NCBI GenBank assembly: GCA_965214405.1
Contig: OZ243956.1
Location: 3,136,001 to 3,200,000, forward strand
Length of the DNA: 64,000 bases
DNA from: Trueperaceae bacterium
GTDB taxonomy: Bacteria > Deinococcota > Deinococci > Deinococcales > Trueperaceae
Direction of reading: 5' to 3'
Shown here: in pieces, positions 29,705 to 38,456 of the stretch
How positions within the stretch are numbered: the stretch's first letter is position 1
Layout of the letters: every line of letters starts with the position of its first letter
The notes under the pieces: generated by a model
What the model was told of the DNA's origin: nothing
Database searches by the model: none
What the model saw: the letters and a program-made list of their open reading frames with translations, nothing else
Made by a program: the position numbers and the translations under genes

Positions 29705-30105
29705 AAGTCATCAATGACCTGAGCGAGATTCCGAAGATGAATGCCGAAGAAGAGGCGCAGTTTTGGGAAGACCATGAGTTTGGCGAGGGTGTCTCTTTTC
29801 ATAAACCGAGTGAGAATGACCCTGAACTGCCGCCAGCCCGCGAGCGCAGTGCTGACGTGTTGCCCGAGGACGTTCTGGAAAAGCTTAGGGAAATCGCCCA
29901 GGAACGGGGTGTGTCGGTGCGCCGCTTGCTTAGAACGCTCGACAAACCCAAACGTTCGGGTCCTATCGCGGTGCGTTTCGAAGACGACACGGTGGCGCGA
30001 CTGAAAACGCTGGCCGAGCGTAAAGGTATGGGGTACCAAACGCTCCTGAAAACTTTTGTGCAAGAACGGCTTTATGAGGAGGAAAAGCGCGAGGGGATGG
30101 GTTAG
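29701..30105 (+). CDS. BrnA/CopG-type antitoxin (second copy)
   Basis: EEAQFWEDHE; KGMGYQTLLKTFVQERLYEEEKREG is nearly identical to the C-terminus of the 18427 gene. Confidence 0.8.
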   Translation: MKVINDLSEIPKMNAEEEAQFWEDHEFGEGVSFHKPSENDPELPPARERSADVLPEDVLEKLREIAQERGVSVRRLLRTLDKPKRSGPIAVRFEDDTVARLKTLAERKGMGYQTLLKTFVQERLYEEEKREGMG

Positions 30106-30178
30106 AGAAAAGCTCTTACAAAGGCTTTTGAAAGTTCAAAGCTCGAGCCAAAGGAATCTCGCTGCCGTCTGGCAAGCT

Positions 30179-30538
30179 TTAGGGTGTGCGCTCGAGGCGC
30201 GCCTGAAGGTCTACCGTCTGGACGTTGCACGTTCCGTCCCTTACCCGCACGTTCTCCGCCGTCCAGTCCTCGTAACCGGGCTTTTGAACCAGAACGTCAT
30301 ACACGCCGGGTCTTTCGTAAGTTTCTGGAATCATCACAAGGTTGTCAAAGGCGTTCAAAGGGTCTACGAAAGCACCGTCACTGGCTGTACCCGTCGCGCC
30401 CTCCGCCGCGGGCGCGCCCGTCTGCGCGTCGCGGACTTCGACGGTCAGGTAGGGCGCGGCCACCGCCGGACAGACGCGGCTGCAACCGCCTAAAAGTACG
30501 ACAGAGCCGAGGATGACGGACAGGAAAAATACCTTCAC
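30179..30538 (-). CDS. Putative lipoprotein with a carboxypeptidase-regulatory-like domain
   Basis: Lipobox LGGC; VEVRDAQTGAP...PGVYDVLVQKPGY. Confidence 0.7.
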   Translation of the reverse strand: MKVFFLSVILGSVVLLGGCSRVCPAVAAPYLTVEVRDAQTGAPAAEGATGTASDGAFVDPLNAFDNLVMIPETYERPGVYDVLVQKPGYEDWTAENVRVRDGTCNVQTVDLQARLERTP

Positions 30539-30560
30539 AAGGTTCCTCCTTTTATTCTGC

Positions 30561-31580
30561 TCAGTCTGCCCCCACCATTCTAGGGGAAGCCGTTTTGGGT
30601 GGCAAGGTCAGCCGCGTCGCGTACAGCCTCAGCACCTCCCCCGCCGCCGCCACGAGGCGCCCTCGCAGCTCCTCCGGTTCCTGCACCTCAACAAGAGGCG
30701 TGAGGCCCAGAAGGAGGCTCACGGCCTGCTCAACGTTTTCAAAGGTGAGGTTGAGTGTTTGCCAGCCCTCCGCGTCCTCCTGGGAAAGCGCCTCGCGCGC
30801 CCACTCCCCCAGAACTCTGGGCAGCACGTCCGCGCCCTCCTTGGACACGCGCAAAAGAACAGGATACGTGGGGCGGCTCGTCTCGAAGTCGCGGCACCAC
30901 GCGTTCCAAAACTCGGCGAGGTCGAAATCCTGCGGGCGCTCGAACGGCTCGCCTAGCGCGGCCTCCTGGATGCGCGAGACCCGGTAGACTCGCATTCCGC
31001 GCGGCGTCTCGCCGACGACGTACCACACGCCGACTTTGGCGACCAAACCATAAGGCTTTAAGACCCGCCTCCGCACCCCGCCATCATCCGCGCAGTAAAC
31101 AAGGTTCAAGCGCCGCTCGTCCCACACCGCCTCCTGCACGGTTTGCAGGTGAGGCACAAATTCTTTGGGCGCGAACCAGCGGGCGGTGTCGAGGTGGACG
31201 CGCCCGCGCATCCCCTGGGCGCTGTGGCGGTGCATGGCGGGCAGCGCGGCGGAGAGTTTGAGCAGGGCGGACTCGAGCGCCCCCCCGAGCCCCAAGTCCA
31301 CCAAAGACCCCGGCACGCTTAAAGAAGAGAGCACCTGCGAGAGCGCCCGCACCTCCGCCTCTTTGAGCCCCGTGAGCCGCGTTTCATAGCCCTCCAAAAG
31401 CGCCACCCCGCCGCCGGGGCCGCGTTCGGCGTAGACGGGCACGCCCGCCGCGGAGAGCGCGTTTAGGTCGCGGTAGACGGTGCGCTCGGAGACCTCGAGT
31501 TCTTTGGAGAGTTCTCCGGCGGTCATCTTGCCCCGCGTCTGGATGAGTAGCAGCGTCGCCAAGAGCCTGTCAGCGCGCAT
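30561..31580 (-). CDS. YafY/PafC-like HTH-WYL transcriptional regulator
   Basis: MRADRLL...ELEVSERTVYRDL..LS.AGVPV...G..GG; PYGLVAK.GVWYVVG...RVYRVSRI. ATG 31580 follows AAGGAGG. Confidence 0.9.
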   Translation of the reverse strand: MRADRLLATLLLIQTRGKMTAGELSKELEVSERTVYRDLNALSAAGVPVYAERGPGGGVALLEGYETRLTGLKEAEVRALSQVLSSLSVPGSLVDLGLGGALESALLKLSAALPAMHRHSAQGMRGRVHLDTARWFAPKEFVPHLQTVQEAVWDERRLNLVYCADDGGVRRRVLKPYGLVAKVGVWYVVGETPRGMRVYRVSRIQEAALGEPFERPQDFDLAEFWNAWCRDFETSRPTYPVLLRVSKEGADVLPRVLGEWAREALSQEDAEGWQTLNLTFENVEQAVSLLLGLTPLVEVQEPEELRGRLVAAAGEVLRLYATRLTLPPKTASPRMVGAD

Positions 31581-31630
31581 GTTGGCCTCCTTTAGGACAT
31601 CCTTGTTAAGACAGTGTACGGGAGAAAACC

Positions 31631-31663
31631 TGACACGGGGTGTCAAGAAAGGCTTGTTAGGCT
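31631..31663 (+). promoter_or_regulatory. Putative WYL-regulator operator and -10 element of the leaderless SDR gene
   Basis: TGACAC-GGG-GTGTCA palindrome (31631-31645); TAGGCT (31658-31663) lies 6 nt before ATG 31670. Confidence 0.6.
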
Positions 31664-31669
31664 TGAGGT

Positions 31670-32560
31670 ATGACCAAACTAAAAGGGAAAGTAGCCGTCG
31701 TGGCAGGCGCAACCAGAGGCGCGGGGCGCGGCATCGCTGTAGAACTCGGCGCGGCGGGCGCTCTTGTTTACTGCACCGGGCGCAGCGTGCGTGGGCGGCC
31801 TTCTGATATGAACCGCCCCGAAACGATTGACGAAACCGCCGAGATGGTCTCAGCGCGTGGCGGCGTGGGTATCGCTGTACAGGTGGACCATACTCGAGAG
31901 GACGAAGTCAAAGCCCTCTCTGAGCGCGTCAACGCGGAGCAAAACGGGCGGCTCGACCTCCTGGTGAACGACATTTGGGGCGGCGAAAAGCTTATCGAGT
32001 GGGGCAAGAAGTTTTGGGAGTTTGACGTTGCGCAGGGCCTCCGCCTGCTCGAGCGCGCCGTCTTTTCTCACCTCATCACGAGCCGCTACGGCGCGCCGCT
32101 GATGGTGGCGCGGGGCGCAGGGCTCATCATCGAAGTGACCGACGGCGACGGCCTCCATTACCGCGGCAACCTCGTCTATGACTTCGTCAAGGTGGGGGTG
32201 ATGCGGCTGGCGACGGCGATGGCCGGAGACCTCCGCGACACGGGCGTGACCGCCGTGGCGCTGACGCCGGGGTTTTTGCGTTCGGAGGAGATGCTGGACG
32301 CTTTTGGTGTGACGGAGGAGAACTGGCGGGACGGCGCAAAGCAAGACCCCCACTTCGCCGGTTCCGAGACGCCCTACTACATCGGGCGCGCGGTGGCGGC
32401 GCTCGCTGCGGACCCGGATGTTTCCAGAAAGTCGGGTGAGGTACTTTCGACGTGGAGTTTATCAGAAGAATATGAGTTTACAGATATTGACGGCAGGAGG
32501 CCGCATTGGGGGCGGTTTTTTGAGGAGGTGAAGGAGAAGGGGGAGGGCTCAAGTGCCTGA
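31670..32560 (+). CDS. Short-chain dehydrogenase/reductase
   Basis: VAGATRGAGRGIA, LDLLVN and YDFVK (YxxxK) motifs. Confidence 0.9.
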   Translation: MTKLKGKVAVVAGATRGAGRGIAVELGAAGALVYCTGRSVRGRPSDMNRPETIDETAEMVSARGGVGIAVQVDHTREDEVKALSERVNAEQNGRLDLLVNDIWGGEKLIEWGKKFWEFDVAQGLRLLERAVFSHLITSRYGAPLMVARGAGLIIEVTDGDGLHYRGNLVYDFVKVGVMRLATAMAGDLRDTGVTAVALTPGFLRSEEMLDAFGVTEENWRDGAKQDPHFAGSETPYYIGRAVAALAADPDVSRKSGEVLSTWSLSEEYEFTDIDGRRPHWGRFFEEVKEKGEGSSA

Positions 32561-32863
32561 CGCTTTGCGCAAAGGGCGCTTATAACGCAGCCAAAAACAG
32601 TAGCTGTTACTCATGCGGGTGAAGGAAACAGATACAAGTAGCTGCTGAAAGTAAGTATTTCGTGTTCCAGACAGCTCAACAAAACGCTACAATAGTCACG
32701 CGGCTCGAGCTAACATAGGAGAACGGTGTTTATGCTTACGAACCTGGTGACGGCGTGAGTTGGGCGCTTGTTGCTAGCGCGGCGCTGGTGTTTTCAAGCC
32801 CGGTCAACGCCGGGGTGAACGCGTGTATACCCGCTGGGACGACGTCAAGCGCGGTTTGAGCAG

Positions 32864-33889
32864 GTGAGCGCGCAGTCGCAAGTGCTCAGCGAAGTGCCCT
32901 TCACTATTTACACAGAAGAGATTTTTGGTGGAGCGGAAATTTCAGCGACCATATGGGGAGAGGATAGTCTCTTTCTCAACGGTACAACCTCGGGGACTTT
33001 CAAGTTACCGCGCCCCTTAACAGCAGAAGAACCCCTCATGCTGGTTAAGCTTTACGAAACTAACGTAGCATCCATCGCTTATGATGGAAAATCAATCGCT
33101 TATGACGTGCTCGTTTATGGCGCGAAAGAGAGCTTGTCCTTTAATGCTGTCAATGCTGCTAAGGCACACGTCTTTGATCTATTGGATACATGGTGGGGTC
33201 TTTCAGCGGACCTCCTTACAACTGGCTACCTGAAGATAGAGGAGCATCCTAACTTCCCGAGCTTGGTCGCGTTCGTCCGCACGCATCAGGGCTACCCCGC
33301 TGGCAAAGAGTTAAGAGACGCGATGGCCGACATTTCGTTTTCCATCGTTTTAGACCTAGCAGAGGAATTAACCGGTTCACAAGCACTTACAGAAGCGTCC
33401 TTCTTTATCAATACAAAAGAGATTATGGGTGGGGCGGAAGTTTCGGCGGTTATGTGGATATGGGAGGACGGTCTTTTCTTAAACGGCGCAACCTCGGGAA
33501 CCCTCGAGCTACCGCGCCCCTTGACAGCAGGAGAACCTCTCATGCTAGTTAAGCTTTACAAAGCTGATGGGGCACTTGTGGCTGACGATATGCTCATCTA
33601 CGGTGTGAAGGAAAGCCTGACCTTTGACGCTACTAACGCCGCTAAAGGACTCGTTATGTTCCTTCTTAGCGATTCTACGCTCTCAACCGACCGTCTAATA
33701 ACGATCTACTCAAAAATAGAGGAGCATCCTGACTTCCCGAACCTGGTGGGGTTCATTCGTACGTACAAGGGATACCCTGACGGTGACGCATTGCTTGATG
33801 ACATGATTGACATCTCTTTCCCCATCATCAACGATTTGGTGGCAGAATTAGATGATACACAGGAGCCAACCGGCTCTTTTCCCCCATAA
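32864..33889 (+). CDS. Hypothetical protein made of two tandem homologous ~160-aa domains (possibly a fragment)
   Basis: GGAE.SA..W.ED.LFLNG.TSGT..LPRPLTA.EPLMLVKLY...KIEEHP.FP.LV.F.RT..GYP occurs twice; lower GC. Confidence 0.65.
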   Translation: MSAQSQVLSEVPFTIYTEEIFGGAEISATIWGEDSLFLNGTTSGTFKLPRPLTAEEPLMLVKLYETNVASIAYDGKSIAYDVLVYGAKESLSFNAVNAAKAHVFDLLDTWWGLSADLLTTGYLKIEEHPNFPSLVAFVRTHQGYPAGKELRDAMADISFSIVLDLAEELTGSQALTEASFFINTKEIMGGAEVSAVMWIWEDGLFLNGATSGTLELPRPLTAGEPLMLVKLYKADGALVADDMLIYGVKESLTFDATNAAKGLVMFLLSDSTLSTDRLITIYSKIEEHPDFPNLVGFIRTYKGYPDGDALLDDMIDISFPIINDLVAELDDTQEPTGSFPP

Positions 33890-34023
33890 ATTGTCCGTAG
33901 CGGCCACGGCTTCCTCAGAACCTCGACTTTTACTCTGACGCAGCCTGAAGATTCAAACAGCATCACCATCAAGGCGAGCAGTATGCTCTACTTCAGGCTT
34001 ACGTAAAATGGTTAGCTCACGCC

Positions 34024-34052
34024 TTGACAAGCGCCCCGGCGGCCTATACGCT
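34024..34052 (+). promoter_or_regulatory. sigma70-type promoter, leaderless to yceD
   Basis: TTGACA-N17-TACGCT, with ATG 34059 six nt downstream. Confidence 0.7.
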
Positions 34053-34058
34053 CGAGGG

Positions 34059-34631
34059 ATGTCTCAACCCGACGCCACTCTCAATAACGCCACGCTCCAC
34101 CTGGCGAGCTTACTCAAGAATGACCTCGAGACTTACGAGGTCGAGGAGTCGGGGCGGCTTATGCCCAACGACGACCTGCTTCAGGCGGACGGGCTCAGGT
34201 TAGAAGCGCCCCTGGACTGGCACGTCACGGTGCAGCGCACGGGCGGCGATGACGACTACTTGGTGTCCGGCTCCGTCTCGGGCGCCGCGGTGCAGGAATG
34301 CCGCCGCTGCTTGACCGACGTCTCGACGGACCTACGCGCCGACTTTATCTACCCGATGCTTTACAAGCCGGGCACGAAAGAGCTGACGCTCCTAGAAACT
34401 GACGAGGACGGCGAAGACACCCTGCTGTTCGGTCAGCCCGAGGTCGATTTCGCGCCCCTGCTCACCCAGATTTTTGCCATCGACCTGCCCCTTACGGTAC
34501 TCTGTATGGAGGCGTGCCGGGGCTTAAGCGCCGACGGCGTGAATTTGAACGAGCACCCCGAGCACCAAGCCCCGCCCCAAGAGCAGAGGGAAGAGTCGCC
34601 CTTTTCGGTGCTCAAGAACTTAGAGCTCTAG
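34059..34631 (+). CDS. YceD/DUF177 family protein
   Basis: ECRRCL, LP..VLC.EACRGL and SPF..LK motifs; upstream of rpmF. Confidence 0.88.
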   Translation: MSQPDATLNNATLHLASLLKNDLETYEVEESGRLMPNDDLLQADGLRLEAPLDWHVTVQRTGGDDDYLVSGSVSGAAVQECRRCLTDVSTDLRADFIYPMLYKPGTKELTLLETDEDGEDTLLFGQPEVDFAPLLTQIFAIDLPLTVLCMEACRGLSADGVNLNEHPEHQAPPQEQREESPFSVLKNLEL

Positions 34632-34691
34632 CCAGCAACCCGCACAAAGCCGTGCAAGATGTTACGGTAATCTGTAAGTTAAGGAGTCACT

Positions 34692-34880
34692 ATGGCAAAA
34701 CATCCCGTACCCAAAAAGCGCACCTCGCGCTCGAGCCGCGACGCGCGCCGCAGCCACCACGCGCTCACCGCGCCCAACCTAGTCGCCTGCCCCCAATGCA
34801 AGGAACTCAAGCCGCAGCACGTGGTTTGCCCCCACTGCGGGTCCTACGCGGGCAAGCAAGTTCTTGATATTGAGGCTTAA
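34692..34880 (+). CDS. rpmF: 50S ribosomal protein L32
   Basis: [20 protein letters not shown]...CPHCG.Y. Confidence 0.96.
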   Translation: MAKHPVPKKRTSRSSRDARRSHHALTAPNLVACPQCKELKPQHVVCPHCGSYAGKQVLDIEA

Positions 34881-34912
34881 AAAGTCTCATAACAAAGTTT
34901 CGGTTTACACTG

Positions 34913-34939
34913 GGCTGCGCTACCGCAGCCTATTTTTTT
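34913..34939 (+). terminator. Intrinsic terminator after rpmF
   Basis: GGCTGCG-ctac-CGCAGCC followed by a T run. Confidence 0.75.
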
Positions 34940-34942
34940 GGC

Positions 34943-35028
34943 TGTAGCAGGTAACATCTGGTCGATGTAGCAGGTAATATCTGGTCGGTGTAGCAGGTAG
35001 CATCCGGTTTAAGAAGATTCGGCTTGCA
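34943..35028. repeat. 3 x 23-bp tandem repeat, related to the dispersed structured repeat (copy C)
   Basis: tgtagcaggtaacatctggtcga / tgtagcaggtaatatctggtcgg / tgtagcaggtagcatccggttta; no spacers. Confidence 0.8.
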
Positions 35029-35120
35029 CGTTTTTGTTTGCGACGTTGGGGAAAGTTATGCGTTGAACTGACGTGACATGGATAAAACGTGCTATAACCA
35101 AGGCTCGAGGACGTGATTGT

Positions 35121-36128
35121 ATGAACCGAGAAGAACGGGGCAGGGCGGGCGTTACCGCGCTCGGGGCCTACGCGCCCGAACGCATCCTCTCCAACAGTGA
35201 TTTAGAAGAGATGATGGACACCTCCGACGAGTGGATCGTCTCGCGCACGGGCATCAAGCGCCGTCACTTGGTCGCGGAGGACGAGTTCACTTCACATTTG
35301 GCGGTCAAGAGTGTCGAGGATTTGGTCTGTCGGCATGGCCGGGAGAGTTTAGAAGGCGTGGACATGGTCATCGTCGCAACGAACACGCCCGACGCGCTTT
35401 TTCCCTCCACGGCGGCGTTGGTGCAGGGGCACTTTGGCTTGGAGGCCGGGGCCTTTGACGTCATGACCGCCTGTTCAGGCTGGATTTACGCGCTCTCGGT
35501 CGCCAAGGCTTACGTCGAGTCGGGGATGCGCCGCAAGGTGTTGGCGATTGGCGCGGAGGCGCTGACCAGGATTGTCAACTGGGAGGACCGGAGCACGGCG
35601 GTTCTGTTTGGCGACGGCGCGGGCGCGGTGGTGGTTGAGCGGGTACCTGCGCCCTACGGCTTCGAGTCGGTGGTGCTGGGCGCGGACGGGTCGGGGGCGA
35701 AACATTTGCACTCGAGGGCCATCGCGCCCCACTTGCCCGACGGCACGCCCATGACCGGCCATCTTTACCAAAACGGCCCCGAAGTCTTTAAGTTCGCGGT
35801 GCGTATCATGCAGTCGGCCTCGCTCGAGGCCATTAGCGCAGCGGGGCTCCAAACGGGCGACATCTCGCTCTTCGTGCCGCATCAGGCGAACTTGCGCATC
35901 ATCGAGGCGGCGCGGGAGCGGCTGGATATTTCTAAGGAGCGGGTGGTGGTGACGCTCGACGAATACGGGAACACCTCGACCTCGAGCATCCCTCTAGCCC
36001 TGAAACATGCTCTTGATGGAGGCCGCGTCAAGGACGGTGATAAGTTGCTCCTGGTTGCCTTTGGCGGCGGTCTCGCCTGGGCGGCGAGCGTGTTGACCTG
36101 GGGCGGCGTGACAGAAGGTGCTGCATGA
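35121..36128 (+). CDS. fabH: 3-oxoacyl-ACP synthase III
   Basis: DTSDEWI..RTGI, ACSG, LFGDGAGA, PHQAN and GNTS motifs. Confidence 0.95.
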   Translation: MNREERGRAGVTALGAYAPERILSNSDLEEMMDTSDEWIVSRTGIKRRHLVAEDEFTSHLAVKSVEDLVCRHGRESLEGVDMVIVATNTPDALFPSTAALVQGHFGLEAGAFDVMTACSGWIYALSVAKAYVESGMRRKVLAIGAEALTRIVNWEDRSTAVLFGDGAGAVVVERVPAPYGFESVVLGADGSGAKHLHSRAIAPHLPDGTPMTGHLYQNGPEVFKFAVRIMQSASLEAISAAGLQTGDISLFVPHQANLRIIEAARERLDISKERVVVTLDEYGNTSTSSIPLALKHALDGGRVKDGDKLLLVAFGGGLAWAASVLTWGGVTEGAA

Positions 36129-37039
36129 TTGCCGCACTCTTTCCGGGGCAGAACTCGCAAGCGGTGGGGATGGCGAGGGCTTTTTATGACGCTTCTCCCG
36201 CTGCCAAACGGGTGCTCGAGGAGGCTGAGACCGCGATGCCCGGACTCCTGGACATCATGTGGGAGGGTCCGGCGGAAACGTTGCAACTCACCGCGCACCA
36301 GCAGCCCGCGCTCGTGGCGGCGGGCGCGGCGGCGTATGAGGCGTATCTCGAGGCGGGCGGCGCAGCGCCAACCTACGGCGCGGGTCACAGCTTGGGCGAA
36401 TTTACCGCCCACGTCGCGGCGGGCTCCCTGACTGTGGGTGAGGCGGTGGGCTTGGTCCATAAGCGGGGCTCCTACATGCAAGAGGCCGTGCCCGAGGGCG
36501 ATGGCGCGATGGCGGCGATTCTCAAGACGGATGAGGCACAGGTGCGGGAGGTTTGTGACGACGTGCGCGCCGAGACGGGCGGCGTGGTCGAGATTGCCAA
36601 CCTCAACTCCCCCGGCCAGACGGTCATCTCGGGCGAAGCCGAGGCCGTCGCGGCGGCAAGTTTGAGGCTTAAGGAGGCGGGGGCTCGAGTGGTGCCGCTC
36701 AGGGTCTCCGCGCCCTTCCACTGCTCGCTCATGCGCCCGGCGGCGGAGCGGCTGGCGCGGGATTTAGAACACGTCACCTTTTTGCCGCCCAAGTTCGGCG
36801 TCGTGAGCAACGTGACCGCCGAGATTGTGGACGTGCCGGAAGCGCCGCGGCTGCTTGTCGAGGGCGTCACCACCGCGGTGCGCTGGGCGGCGTCGGTGCA
36901 AAGGCTCCGGGCGTTGGGAGCCACGACGTTTATCGAGTTCGGCTCCGGCAAGGTCTTGACTGGGCTTGTGGCGCGCATTCTGCCCGATGTGAAGGCTCTT
37001 GCAGTGACCGACCTGGATTCTTTAGAGGCGGCGCTGTGA
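36125..37039 (+). CDS. fabD: Malonyl-CoA:ACP transacylase
   Basis: FPGQ, GHSLGE and SAPFHC motifs. Confidence 0.95.
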   Translation: MIAALFPGQNSQAVGMARAFYDASPAAKRVLEEAETAMPGLLDIMWEGPAETLQLTAHQQPALVAAGAAAYEAYLEAGGAAPTYGAGHSLGEFTAHVAAGSLTVGEAVGLVHKRGSYMQEAVPEGDGAMAAILKTDEAQVREVCDDVRAETGGVVEIANLNSPGQTVISGEAEAVAAASLRLKEAGARVVPLRVSAPFHCSLMRPAAERLARDLEHVTFLPPKFGVVSNVTAEIVDVPEAPRLLVEGVTTAVRWAASVQRLRALGATTFIEFGSGKVLTGLVARILPDVKALAVTDLDSLEAAL

Positions 37040-37782
37040 GCGGGGTAGAGCGCAGGGCGCTGGTGACGGGCTCGAGCCGCGGCTTAGGTCGCGCGATGGC
37101 CCTGGAGCTCGGGCGGCGCGGCTACGCGGTGGCGGTTCACTACGTCCGCTCCGCCGAACCCGCCGAAAGGGTAGCAGAGGAGGTGCGTGAGGGCGGCGGC
37201 CAAGCGGCGGTCTTCTGCGCCGACGTGTCGCAGCCGGACGCCTGTCAGGAGCTTGTTAAAGCGGTTGTTAAAGACTTGGGCGGTCTGGACGTGCTCGTCA
37301 ACAACGCGGGCATCACTAAGGATGGGCTGGCGCTGCGGATGAAAGAGGCGGACTGGACAAGTGTATTAGATACGAACCTCTCGAGCGCCTTTTATCTCTC
37401 CAAAGCAGCCTTGCGCGGGATGCTCTCGAATAAGTGGGGCCGCATCGTCAACGTCGCGTCGGTGGTGGGGCTTTCGGGCAATGCGGGGCAGGCCAACTAT
37501 GTGGCGGCCAAGGCGGGGCTCATCGGCCTTACCAAGGCGCTGGCGAAAGAGTACGCCGCCAAGGGCGTGACGGTGAACGCGGTCGCGCCGGGTTTTATCA
37601 CCTCGGACATGACGGAGGGGCTGCCCGAAGAGCTTAAAGAGCGGTACTTAGAGCAAATCCCCACAGGCCGCTTCGGCACGCCCGAAGAGGTCGCGGCGGC
37701 GGTGGCTTTTTTGGCGGGCGAGGGCGCAGCCTACATCAACGGACAAACGCTCACCGTGGACGGCGGGATGGTGATGGCTTGA
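37036..37782 (+). CDS. fabG: 3-oxoacyl-ACP reductase
   Basis: TGSSRGLG, NNAGITKD and GQANYVAAK motifs. Confidence 0.95.
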   Translation: MSGVERRALVTGSSRGLGRAMALELGRRGYAVAVHYVRSAEPAERVAEEVREGGGQAAVFCADVSQPDACQELVKAVVKDLGGLDVLVNNAGITKDGLALRMKEADWTSVLDTNLSSAFYLSKAALRGMLSNKWGRIVNVASVVGLSGNAGQANYVAAKAGLIGLTKALAKEYAAKGVTVNAVAPGFITSDMTEGLPEELKERYLEQIPTGRFGTPEEVAAAVAFLAGEGAAYINGQTLTVDGGMVMA

Positions 37783-37850
37783 GTTATCCCATCACTTCTC
37801 TCGATGCGCTTCCAAAGGTGTGTTAGAATCCCAACGGTTTTGCGGGGGTG

Positions 37851-37947
37851 TGTAGCAGGCAACACCCTGGTTTGAGCGAGATTCAGACTACATGTTACGG
37901 TCTGAGACGTAGTTTAGGGGATGATGCCTGTGCTGATAGACTGAGTG
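37851..37947. repeat. Dispersed ~95-bp structured repeat, copy B
   Basis: Aligns with 28924-29018 and 34989-35028. Confidence 0.75.
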
Positions 37948-38046
37948 CTGGCGCGAATCACTGTAGATGTGAGGCTTAACTGAACCTTAGAGAGTTGCAA
38001 AACGCGCTTGTGAGGGTAAACTAAACCATTCTTGTAGGAGGATGTC

Positions 38047-38286
38047 ATGAACGAACAAGAGATTCTGGGCAAAATCAAAGAAGTTGTGGCTGACAAACTC
38101 GACGCCGACCCGAGCGCGGTAACCGAAGACGCGTCCTTTGTGGACGACTTGGGCGCGGACTCGCTCGACGTGGTGGAGCTCATCATGGGCCTAGAGGACG
38201 AGTTCGGCATCGAGATTAGCGACGAGGAAGCCGAGCGCATCCGCACGGTGGGCGACGCGGTGCAGTTCGTCTCGAGCCAGAAGTAG
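38047..38286 (+). CDS. acpP: Acyl carrier protein
   Basis: [14 protein letters not shown] motif. Confidence 0.97.
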   Translation: MNEQEILGKIKEVVADKLDADPSAVTEDASFVDDLGADSLDVVELIMGLEDEFGIEISDEEAERIRTVGDAVQFVSSQK

Positions 38287-38456
38287 TTCTACTCTTACGT
38301 TGCGTCTGCCTTTTTGAGAGGGTGCGTCAGGCCGTCAAGTTTTGCCTACGCGTCACTCTTGTTTCACCGTGGGAGACGAAAATCTCCGAGCGGCAAGTAG
38401 AGGGCACCGTCCAGCGAACAGAACTTTCTCCAACGAAAAGGTAAGCTTTTACTCTT

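Noticed and set aside
34943..35011. Possible mini-CRISPR (3 x 23 bp)
   Set aside because: The units are directly adjacent with no spacers, and there are no cas genes. It is a tandem amplification of the end of the dispersed repeat.
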